Source of the DNA: Caecitellus pseudoparvulus
Taxonomy: Eukaryota > Protista > Bigyra: Bicosoecida
Direction of reading: 5' to 3'
Length of the DNA stretch: 64,000 nt
Assembly: GCA_965644315.1 (NCBI GenBank)
Contig: CBFFRQ010000032.1
Span: 372,001 to 436,000 of the forward strand
Below the pieces are notes generated by a model, which saw nothing but the letters and a program-made list of their open reading frames with translations, was not told the origin of the DNA and did no database searches. This document shows positions 44,642 through 53,399 of the stretch, piece after piece. Numbering within the stretch: the first letter of the stretch is position 1; every line of letters starts with the position of its first letter. The translations under genes were made by a program, and so were the position numbers.

Positions 44642-47161
44642 ATGGCTGCTGGCAGTGAAAGCCAGTCAATGGTGGGTCGATGGCGCGCCGCATGTAATGA
44701 AGAGGAGGCGGGCGTGCTGATGAGCTTGCTGGAGGAGGAGTGCGGTGGTGGTGATGTGGGTGGAGTGTTGACAGGAGCTGACACGAGAGCTGGGTTTGAG
44801 GTCGCATGCGAGGCGGGGCACGTTGGGTTGTTGCGTGGGTTGTTGGCGTTGGAGGGGGATCTTGCAGTGGACGTACATGCAGAAGATGAAGATGGACCTG
44901 AGGCTGGCTTTCGATCTGCGTGCGAAAATGGCCATGTGGATGTTGTTCGCGAACTGCTGGCGTTGATTGGACATCGCGAGGTTGACGTGCATGCAGCGCG
45001 AGAGGGCATCTCTGAGGCTGGCTTTCTGGGCGCTTGTCACAAAGGTCATGTGCACGTGGTGCGCGAGCTACTGGCGTTGACTGGTGCTCGTGAGATCGAC
45101 GTCCACGTTGTGGTGGAGGGCACATCTGAGGCTAGCTTTCAGGCTGCTTGTTACAGTGGTCATGCGGATGTGGTGCGGGAGCTGCTGGCTTTGAGCGGGC
45201 ATCGAAAGGTGAATGTGCATGCTGGGGATGAGGATGGGCCTGAGGGTGGCTTCCGACTTGCCTGTCAGTTTGGGCATTTTGGAGTGGTGCGGGAGCTGCT
45301 GGCTTTGACTGGACATCGCGAGGTGGACGTGCATGCTGGAGATGAGGATGGGCCTGAGGCTGGCTTCCGACTTGCCTGTCAGTTTGGGCATGTTGGAGTG
45401 GTGCGGGAGCTACTGGCTCTGGGTGAGCATCGCGAGGTAGATGTGCACGCATCTTTCAAGGGCAATGCTGAGGCTGGTTTCTTGTTTGCCTGTCAGAATG
45501 GGCATATGGATGTAGTGCGGGAGCTGTTGGCGCTGACCGGGTATCGTGAGGTGGATGTGCATGCTGGGCCCGAGGGAAGTCCTGAGTATGGCTTTCGGCT
45601 GGCCTGTCAGCAAGGAAATTTTGATGTGGTCCGCGAGCTGCTGGCGCTGACCGGGTATCGTGAGGTGGATGTGCATGCTGGAATTGAAGGCGGTCCAGAA
45701 TACGGCTTTCGGCTGGCCTGTGCAAATGGGCACGTGGATGTGGTTCGGGAGCTGTTGGCTCTGAGTGGTGCCCGTGAGGTGGACGTGCACGCAGCGTACA
45801 AAGGCGACCCAGAGTACGGCTTTCGGCGTGCATGTCAGAATGGTCACGTTGACGTGGTGCGTGAGCTGCTGGCGTTGACTGGGCATCGTGAGGTGGACGT
45901 GCATGCTGCGTTTAAGGGTGTCCCTGAGGCTAGCTTCCGGCTTGCATGTGACAACGGGCACATCGACGTGGTGCGCGAGTTGTTGGCGCTCAGTGGGCAT
46001 CGTGAGGTGGACGTGCATGCCGGTCCAAAGGGTGGTCCAGAATACGGCTTTCGCATGGCCTGTGGCAATGGACACGTTGACGTGGTGCGTGAGCTGCTGG
46101 CGTTGACTGGGCATCGTGAGGTGGACGTGCATGCTGCGTTTAAGGGTGTCCCTGAGGCTAGCTTCCGGCTTGCATGTGACAACGGGCACATCGACGTGGT
46201 GCGCGAGTTGTTGGCGCTCAGTGGGCATCGTGAGGTGGATGTGCACGTTGGGCCTGCAGGCTATGTTGAGTATGCCTTCCGGCTTGCTTGTCAGAATGGC
46301 CACCTGGATGTGGTTCGAGAGCTGCTGTCACTGAGCGGGCACCGCGAGGTGGACGTGCATGCTGGGCCCGAGGGCGAGCCTGAGTACAGCTTCATTGTTG
46401 CCTGCCAGAACGGGCACATTGATGTGGTTCGAGAGCTGCTGTCACTGAGCGGGCACCGTGAGGTGGACGTGCATGCTGGGATTGAAGGCGATCCTGAGGC
46501 TGGCTTCCGACTTGCCTGTCAGGAGGGGCACGTGGGTGTGGTGCGTGAGCTGCTGGCCCTGACAGGGCATCGTGAGGTGAACGTGCATGCAGGCTTCAAT
46601 GGCGATCCTGAGTTCGGCTTTCGACTTGCTTGTCGCTACGGGCACGTAGATGTCGTACGGGAGTTGCTGGCTCTGAGCGGGCACCGTAGGGTGGACGTGC
46701 ATGCAGGGCTTGGAGGCGACCCTGAGTATGGTTTCCGATTCGCGTGCAAGTATGGTCATTTGGATGTGGTGCGTGAGCTTCTGAATCTGACTGGAGATCG
46801 TGAGGTGGACGTGCATGCAGGATACCTGGGTGACGCAGAGTACGGCTTCCGCATGGCCTGTGAGCATGGGCGTCTTGAGGTGGTGCGGGAGCTGCTGGCG
46901 CTGAGCGGGCATCGTGAGGTGGATGTACATGCTGCGGTGGACGGTGAACCTGAGGCTGGCTTCCGACTTGCCTGGGCCAATCGTCGTTGGAAAGTGGTTC
47001 GTGAGCTGCTGGGCCTGACAGGCCGCCGTGCCATTCCCCAGCAAGCACGACTCAAAGTTGGACCTAATGTTGCGTATTCTGTCAAGGATGCCGCCTGGGC
47101 CGGCACCAGCACTCGACGGGGTCGCGTGGCCATCTTGCTGCTGCGGTCCGCGCGGAAATGA
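44642..47161 (+). CDS. Intronless tandem 38-aa ankyrin-like repeat protein (18 full modules plus N- and C-caps)
   Basis: 839-aa ORF with consensus xxxGxPExGFRLACxxGHxDVVRELLALxGHREVDVHA. Codon usage is richer in T-ending codons than in neighbouring genes. Confidence 0.9.
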   Translation: MAAGSESQSMVGRWRAACNEEEAGVLMSLLEEECGGGDVGGVLTGADTRAGFEVACEAGHVGLLRGLLALEGDLAVDVHAEDEDGPEAGFRSACENGHVDVVRELLALIGHREVDVHAAREGISEAGFLGACHKGHVHVVRELLALTGAREIDVHVVVEGTSEASFQAACYSGHADVVRELLALSGHRKVNVHAGDEDGPEGGFRLACQFGHFGVVRELLALTGHREVDVHAGDEDGPEAGFRLACQFGHVGVVRELLALGEHREVDVHASFKGNAEAGFLFACQNGHMDVVRELLALTGYREVDVHAGPEGSPEYGFRLACQQGNFDVVRELLALTGYREVDVHAGIEGGPEYGFRLACANGHVDVVRELLALSGAREVDVHAAYKGDPEYGFRRACQNGHVDVVRELLALTGHREVDVHAAFKGVPEASFRLACDNGHIDVVRELLALSGHREVDVHAGPKGGPEYGFRMACGNGHVDVVRELLALTGHREVDVHAAFKGVPEASFRLACDNGHIDVVRELLALSGHREVDVHVGPAGYVEYAFRLACQNGHLDVVRELLSLSGHREVDVHAGPEGEPEYSFIVACQNGHIDVVRELLSLSGHREVDVHAGIEGDPEAGFRLACQEGHVGVVRELLALTGHREVNVHAGFNGDPEFGFRLACRYGHVDVVRELLALSGHRRVDVHAGLGGDPEYGFRFACKYGHLDVVRELLNLTGDREVDVHAGYLGDAEYGFRMACEHGRLEVVRELLALSGHREVDVHAAVDGEPEAGFRLAWANRRWKVVRELLGLTGRRAIPQQARLKVGPNVAYSVKDAAWAGTSTRRGRVAILLLRSARK
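44882..46933 (+). repeat. Tandem array of 18 x 114-bp coding units
   Basis: Exact 114-nt period with no indels. Positions 45845-46011 are identical to 46073-46239. Confidence 0.95.
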
Positions 47162-47747
47162 CAGCTTCGCGCATGGAGGTGGATCGCCCTGGCGCTGGTG
47201 TGTGCAGCGGCGACGGCACGATGCTGCAGGTGAGAGGCGGGCTGGGTGTGGATCCGCGGTCCGGTGCTGACATGGTCTCGATCACACCCAGGGCATGGGT
47301 GGAGTCCTGACTGCAAGCATTGGGGGCAAGGCAGGGCAGGGTACTGGGTGTGTGGTGGTTGGGCGTGTGGGTGGGCGATGGTGTGGTGTGTGCGGTGAGT
47401 GCCTAGCAGTGAAGTGCGAGGACGGGAGAGAAGACCGAGTGGAGTGGGCGCACGGGGGGCGCATCGGCTTGAAGTGATGGCGTGGTGTGGGAGGGGGAGC
47501 GTTGGAAGTACTGCGCCTGCGTGTGCGGCGGTGGGCGTGGGAATGCATCGTGGGAGGGAGGGTGGAGAGAGTGAGGGGCAGGGGCCGCGTGGGTCTACAC
47601 GTGCCAGGGCTCGGCCAGCATTCGGGCACGTGCTGTGACTTGGCCGGTCTGTCAAAATTGCACCACCCAGCTGCCACCTTCGCGTGCCTGTGCACCAGAC
47701 TGTGGCCGTGCACCAGGGCACAGTGCCAGGCAGGAGCACGAGGCGTG

Positions 47748-48842
47748 ATGGATCGCTCGGGGCCATCAGCTCTGCCTGTGCCTGAGGGGGGCGACATGGC
47801 CGGGATCCAGGCGAGGGTGTTGGCTGGGGAGGAGGTGACTGCCGAGGAGTACCTGCAGTTTGTGAGGTGTGGGGCGGTTACAAGGCTGCGGGGGCTTGCA
47901 CAGGCCAGTACGTTGGAGTGTGATTTCTTTCGCAGGTATGAGGCGGCAGGCATTGCGGACGTGATGGAGATGGAGCAGTCCGCTGTGAGCGGCAAGGTGC
48001 CGACGGTGTGTGTTGTGTGAAGCAAATACCGCAGGGTGGCGCCGTTGTGTGCAGCGTTCGCGGCGCGCCTCGCGCAGGGTCCGACCATCCCAGCGACGGG
48101 TACTCTTGAGCCTTGTCCGCCTGACATGGAGCCGTCGGCTGGCTGGAAGGCGTCTGTTGTGCGGGACTTCATCGCGCTGCGAGGGCGCGTTGCGGCGCTG
48201 GTCCCGCAGGCGGTGGAGGCGAGGGAGCATGCCGCCGCCGCAGCGCAGGGCGGTGGCGGGCCCATCTTCAGCGTCCCTGGTCCGGCGTTGGTGGCTGCTG
48301 CCATGAGCGCGCGTGACATCAGCAAGGCAAACCTGCCAAAGCCGCCGGTGTTGCCGCCTGCGCAGCTGGATGACGGGAGTTGCTTGCCCAGCGCCCTGGA
48401 CTGGCCAGCGTGGTACACGTACGCGACGGGGCGGGACCGAGTGCCCACTCGGCAGGCGTCAGCGGGGGAGGGCAGCACCGCCTCGACAGTGCCTGCGGGG
48501 GTGCCCCACGCGCCGTCGGTGGAGGCAGTTGCGACGCTGACGGACCTGGAGGCAAGGCGGGTGTTTCGCAAGGCAGCCAACCACGTCATCCACCACGCGC
48601 CCAGTCTGCAGGTGCCTGTGGCTGCGTGGGTGTATGCGTTTCTGCTGCGGCTGGAGACGCCCCTGTCGGGGGACATGGCGGCCACCTGCCGTGCGTTGCT
48701 GCGGCAGCTGTGTGAGTGGAGGGCGTGGTTGGAGCCAGGGCACGGGAGGAGCCAGCCAGGGTTGTTGGCGGCGCTGAACACACTCATTTTGATTCTCTGC
48801 GACGTTTTCGGGCAAGGCGATGCCTGGGAGGGGAGCGTTTGA
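47748..48842 (+). CDS. GEMIN2: Gem-associated protein 2 (SMN complex)
   Basis: TAEEYLQFVRYEA, PSAGWKASVVRDFIALR and WVYAFLLRLETPL..TCRALLRQLC..LNTLILILCDVFGQGD. Introns 47867-47935 and 47997-48077. Confidence 0.85.
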
Positions 48843-48930
48843 GGCAGGCATGCGCTTCGAAGCCGTTGCGATGCGATGCCGGGCAGGCTGTATTGAACCC
48901 GAGATACGGTACAATGAATTACGTTTCACA

Positions 48931-51363
48931 TCATGTAACACGGATGGGGCTCATGGAGGCGCTGCCTTTGCCCCACGCCTCTTTGGTCTGCTGCTTGGTT
49001 TCCTGGGAGGGCAGCGTCACGACTGGCGCTGGGGCTGCTGGGCCGAAGTCGGCAGTGCTGGGAGGCGGCGCGAGGGTCAGCTCGATGGGTCGCATGGGCT
49101 CTGGCTTGACAGCTGCCGGGGCTTGCGTTGGGCGGCGGGTGCAGCAGGCGGGGCGCAAGCTGCGGTCTCCGCACAAGGATGTGCGTGAGAACGACCTCCA
49201 CGATGGCTGCACAAGGCTGGGGATGGTGGCCCCCACCAGCCCCGCCATGAGCAGGAGCCCCACGCCAGGGGCCATGGCAAGCAGCGTCGTCGCGTCGTCT
49301 ACGCCCAGTGCCGTGCACACGAACAGGGCGGCGCTGCCCCACAGGCCCAGCAGACCCGACCCGAAGCGGAAGGCGTTCAGGAAGGGAATGGTGCTGGGTC
49401 GCATGACTGCGGTTGCAAACGTGTACGCCAGGAACAGCAGCAGCATGAGGCCTGCTCGCGCGAGTGGGAAGTCTGCCGAGAAGACCGTCACGGCTGCAAG
49501 CGCCCCTTTGACGACGCGCTCGAGGCCCAGGAACAGCGGCATGGTGCGGACGACACCCGGCTGCGCACTGCGGTCCCCTCGGTAAATGGAGACAAAGACT
49601 GAGGTGCTTGTGTAGAAGACGAGCGCTTCGGCCGTCAGGATGTGCAGGGAGGTGGAGGTGGTGTTCAGGAGGAGGTCCAGGAGGCTGTATGTGATGCTGA
49701 CGTACAGTGTCCCGGACATGAACTGGAACAGCAGCGGCCCCATGGGATGTTCAGGCTGCAGCTCCAAGGCGATGAAGAGCCCGCACAGGTACATGTACAA
49801 CAGTGTCGCGGCAATGGCGACGGAGAACTGCTGCAGTTGACTGATGACTCCCCTGCCCAGCACGATGATGGCCGTGGCGAGTTCCCAATTGGAGTCTTGC
49901 GGCAGCAGGCGTGAGACGCCGTCTGACCCAGCCAGGAGTAACGTCGCAAACTGCACTGGCTCAACCAGGTATGACAGGAAGGCCAAGGCATTCCTCCACT
50001 GCCACAGGTTGATGTCTCCCAGCGCCGGGAGGGGCGGCGGGGTGGCACCTTCGTCACTGAGTCCTGCGAACGGGTCCAGACCCCCGGCAAGGCGGCCCGT
50101 CCCGATTGGCGCCGTGCTGGTGGAGTACGAGCGGTCCTCTGCTGCGATGGCTCCTTGGGGTGTGACTGGAGGCCCTGCCTGGGTCGAGCGTGGGGTGTGG
50201 GCAGGCGCCTGCCCCGTCAGCGTCCTGCTGCGCGAGAGCATGTCGGACCAGCGTGGCACCATGGCGTCTGAGTCAAAGGTGCGGTCCCGGCCGCCGGCAA
50301 CCGACCCGGCGATGCTGCTGGTGCGTGCTTGCAGGCCCAGGCCTGCCACGCTGGCAGACCTGCTGCGAATGTGCGGCTCGCTTGGGCGTGCGGTGGGTGA
50401 TGCAGCAGCAGCAACGCCGCCGGAGAGGCTGCCTGTACGGGCCGAAGCTGCCAGGCTGTCGCGTCGGGGGCGAACGGGGGAAGTGGGTGGAAGGGAAGAA
50501 TTGCGAGACATGCGCTCAGGCGGGGCTGCCATGGCGTCTGGGCTGGCTGGCGCCGGCTGCAGGGCGGGGGCGCCTGGTTGCCAGCTGCGCACCGTCGCCG
50601 CGGCCTCCTCGTCCCCAGGCAAGGGAGTTTCTGGCTCCATGGCGGCATCTGGGAGGTCTTCGACGTGGAAATACGCCAGGACACACAGGTCCGGGCGCTG
50701 CCAGACGTACTTCATGGTCACGGCCTGCACTGCAATGATGAGGACGATCCACACGCCCACCCAAGCGTTTCCAGCGCCGCTGATGGGCAGCGGTGCGGTG
50801 CCGCTGCCCGTCCAAATGCCTGGCAGCACTGTCAGCAGGAGGAACGTGCCCAGGCCCCGTAGCCACATGCCCCCTGAAAGCTCCTGCTCCCTGTGGGTGA
50901 CCAGAGGCGGGGCAGGCGTGTGCGGGTGCGGCCCTTGCAACGCGCACTTGATAGAGCTGCTCGAGGCTGGCGCTGGCTGGCGCTGGCTGGCGCACCAGTT
51001 GTTGGGGTCAATGCTGGTGGCTCGCACGAGGGCGGCAGAGAGCAGGGACAGGAGGAACGCCACGTAGATGAGGGCAAAGACCCAGGCGAGCAGGGCCAGG
51101 ATCTGCGCAGGCCTCGGGGAGCCGTGGGTGGCAGTCGGCGAGCACCGCGTGCGTGGCGTCAGCGCAGGCCTCACCGTCACCCGCAGCACTGCCTGTGCAC
51201 ACGTCTCTGTCGGGGGAGGGGTTGGCTCGGGCACAGACTTGGCAGCTGACGCCGTGCTCTGCATGGTCTCTGACCGCTGCAAGTCTGAGGAGGTGGCTGC
51301 CAAGCCCTTCAAGGGCGGAGCAAGCGCTCCCTCTCGGCCACTCTCAAGCTCCGCACCTGGCAT
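48931..51363 (-). CDS. Uncharacterised multi-pass membrane protein with a large disordered loop
   Basis: About 3 N-terminal and about 7-8 C-terminal hydrophobic helices flank a Ser/Pro/Arg-rich loop. Two probable in-frame introns (51103-51174 and 50891-50995). Confidence 0.65.
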   Translation of the reverse strand: MPGAELESGREGALAPPLKGLAATSSDLQRSETMQSTASAAKSVPEPTPPPTETCAQAVLRVTVRPALTPRTRCSPTATHGSPRPAQILALLAWVFALIYVAFLLSLLSAALVRATSIDPNNWCASQRQPAPASSSSIKCALQGPHPHTPAPPLVTHREQELSGGMWLRGLGTFLLLTVLPGIWTGSGTAPLPISGAGNAWVGVWIVLIIAVQAVTMKYVWQRPDLCVLAYFHVEDLPDAAMEPETPLPGDEEAAATVRSWQPGAPALQPAPASPDAMAAPPERMSRNSSLPPTSPVRPRRDSLAASARTGSLSGGVAAAASPTARPSEPHIRSRSASVAGLGLQARTSSIAGSVAGGRDRTFDSDAMVPRWSDMLSRSRTLTGQAPAHTPRSTQAGPPVTPQGAIAAEDRSYSTSTAPIGTGRLAGGLDPFAGLSDEGATPPPLPALGDINLWQWRNALAFLSYLVEPVQFATLLLAGSDGVSRLLPQDSNWELATAIIVLGRGVISQLQQFSVAIAATLLYMYLCGLFIALELQPEHPMGPLLFQFMSGTLYVSITYSLLDLLLNTTSTSLHILTAEALVFYTSTSVFVSIYRGDRSAQPGVVRTMPLFLGLERVVKGALAAVTVFSADFPLARAGLMLLLFLAYTFATAVMRPSTIPFLNAFRFGSGLLGLWGSAALFVCTALGVDDATTLLAMAPGVGLLLMAGLVGATIPSLVQPSWRSFSRTSLCGDRSLRPACCTRRPTQAPAAVKPEPMRPIELTLAPPPSTADFGPAAPAPVVTLPSQETKQQTKEAWGKGSASMSPIRVT

Positions 51364-51564
51364 GACGTCATGCGTGCAAGGCAGGGCACAGGGCGGAGCT
51401 GCACCGGCACAAAATAGACATGGGGTACAAGCGTGATATTGCATACAGGTTTGTTGTTGGGCGCATTGTAGATTTGTCCGGGTGCCGGAGACTGCCGCTG
51501 AGTTGCTGGGGTTCTGAGCAGGCAGCGTGGATATTCGACAGGCATTCTTTCAGCGCAGCGCAGC

Positions 51565-53268
51565 ATGGCGGACGACGACGTGGCAGCATCCAGCGTGCCA
51601 GAGTGGCATGCTTCTGCTGAGAGTGTCGCCCGCGGCAAGCAGCTTGTGCAGGACTGGTTGGTGGCTGAGGATAGCAGCAGTGACGAGGAGGGTGGCGTCG
51701 CTGGCGACCAGCTGCGGCGCACCTTCCATCGCTACGCCGACGACGAGGACAACACTGGGGAAGAGGGGGGTGGCGTTGGCGTGGAGGTGTACGATGCACC
51801 ACTGGACGACGAGTACGAGGCGGCAGGCGTGGACTCCGGGGACTCTGACGGCTGGAGCGACGTGGAGGAGGAGGAGTGGGAGGCAGCCGAATCGGCGCAG
51901 TGGGCCACGTGGCTGTCTCTGGCCGCTCCAGAAGTGCAGGAAGCTGTGGAGACTGCACACTCCGAGTGGAGTGGTGAAGACACCCCCAGCCAGCAGGGGG
52001 AGGGGGGGGGCGGCGAGGAGGGCACGAGGACGCCGAGCGCCGGCCACGTCGCCAGCGACATCGAAGCTGTCCCTGGCGACACGGCCGAGCTGCCCGACCC
52101 GGCAGTGAAGAAGTCCAGCAAGCGCAAGGCCATCATCCACGTGCGCAGACGCAAGGCTGGCGCCGCTGCAACCTTCGCTGAGCGGCTCTTGGAGCGCCAC
52201 ACTGCCTTGCGGTGCCTGGTGCTGCAGGGAGACGGCGCCGCTGCCACGGACGCCGTCCGCGCTGCCCTGGCCTTCTTGCGCAAGCACTGCGAGGAGGGCT
52301 GGGCAGTGAGCGGCGTGCGGGCATCTCGGCACCGTGCAGCGGGGCAGGCGTCGACCCAGCGACGCCAGGCACGTCGCAAGTCCGGTCGCAAGTCCGGTCG
52401 CAAGATGAAGGCGCAGGTGCGCCTCTACCGACACCGCAGTCCCCAGCCCCTGCCACGCCTCACAGAGGACGTGCACTGTGCTGCACTGCTGGGCAGTCGC
52501 CTGGAGACGGCGGTGCGCGACGCCCTCGGCGTGGACACGCGGCAGCTGTCCCTGCACGTCGCACCAGCCGACGCAGTGGGCCACGTGCCAGGCGGCGAGC
52601 CCCCCTCTTCCGCCGCCCCCACCTCTGCTTCTGCCTACCCCAACGTCCACACTCTGCACGTGCGGTCACGCCGGCCCAAGGAGGGTGACTCTGAGTTCGC
52701 AGACTACATGTCTCGGTGTGTGCAGGGCATTTGGCGGGTGGCGGGGCGGGTGCAGGCTGCCGTGTCCCTGGCAGTGCACCCAGCGCACTTGACGAGTGGA
52801 GACCCCCCTGTGGGCGCCATCCTCATCACAGGGCACTCGGACTCCATCGCCACGGCACTAGGTATCGCCACTCGCTGCACAGCGGCCAGCTCAGGCGGGC
52901 ACGCCAGCGGCACTTCGCCAGGTGGTGTGGCAGCACACCGCACCCTGCCCCCTCTGAAATTGGCAGACATCGCCCTAGGAATGGCCAAGCCGTACCGTGT
53001 TGTGCCTGCCGACGGCGCAGCGGCGGTGGGTGGCCGCAGCCGTGATTCCGCTGCCGCGGCCGTTTCTGCAGCGGCAGCCTCAGGCGCTCTCGGCACATTG
53101 GACGGCACAGCGCGCATCGCCCCCGCTGCGCTCCTGGTGAAACGCAGTCCTGACAGCATGTCTGCGACCCAGGCTGCAGCCCTTGCCAGTGCCGATGCTG
53201 GCACGCCGTCAGAGGCGGCTTGTGTGCCTGCTGTGACAGTGACTCTGTTCATCGGCGCAGCGCACTGA
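51565..53268 (+). CDS. Protein with acidic N-terminus and possibly two Alba/Rpp20-like domains
   Basis: 567-aa ATG-initiated ORF with an Asp/Glu-rich N-terminus and two beta-alpha-beta-alpha segments reminiscent of Alba. The fold call is tentative. Confidence 0.55.
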   Translation: MADDDVAASSVPEWHASAESVARGKQLVQDWLVAEDSSSDEEGGVAGDQLRRTFHRYADDEDNTGEEGGGVGVEVYDAPLDDEYEAAGVDSGDSDGWSDVEEEEWEAAESAQWATWLSLAAPEVQEAVETAHSEWSGEDTPSQQGEGGGGEEGTRTPSAGHVASDIEAVPGDTAELPDPAVKKSSKRKAIIHVRRRKAGAAATFAERLLERHTALRCLVLQGDGAAATDAVRAALAFLRKHCEEGWAVSGVRASRHRAAGQASTQRRQARRKSGRKSGRKMKAQVRLYRHRSPQPLPRLTEDVHCAALLGSRLETAVRDALGVDTRQLSLHVAPADAVGHVPGGEPPSSAAPTSASAYPNVHTLHVRSRRPKEGDSEFADYMSRCVQGIWRVAGRVQAAVSLAVHPAHLTSGDPPVGAILITGHSDSIATALGIATRCTAASSGGHASGTSPGGVAAHRTLPPLKLADIALGMAKPYRVVPADGAAAVGGRSRDSAAAAVSAAAASGALGTLDGTARIAPAALLVKRSPDSMSATQAAALASADAGTPSEAACVPAVTVTLFIGAAH

Positions 53269-53399
53269 GGCACAGCGCTCACCCGGCACCAGTGCACTCC
53301 CACGACGCCGGCACAATGCACCCCCCCCCTCCTGCCTCGTATTTCTTAACATGGGCCGTCCTCCCCTTGGCTCTGCCCCTGTGCACCAGGCCCGGCGCC

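Noticed and set aside
44882-46933. 114-bp periodic array considered as a CRISPR array or non-coding satellite
   Set aside because: The period is a multiple of 3, the frame is open throughout and the conserved part varies synonymously. It is a protein repeat, and no cas genes are present.
36660-47161. Three ankyrin genes within 11 kb as a local tandem family
   Set aside because: The repeat types differ (canonical TPLH with BTB, ANKRD16-like, and the 38-aa type) and no nucleotide similarity among them was visible.
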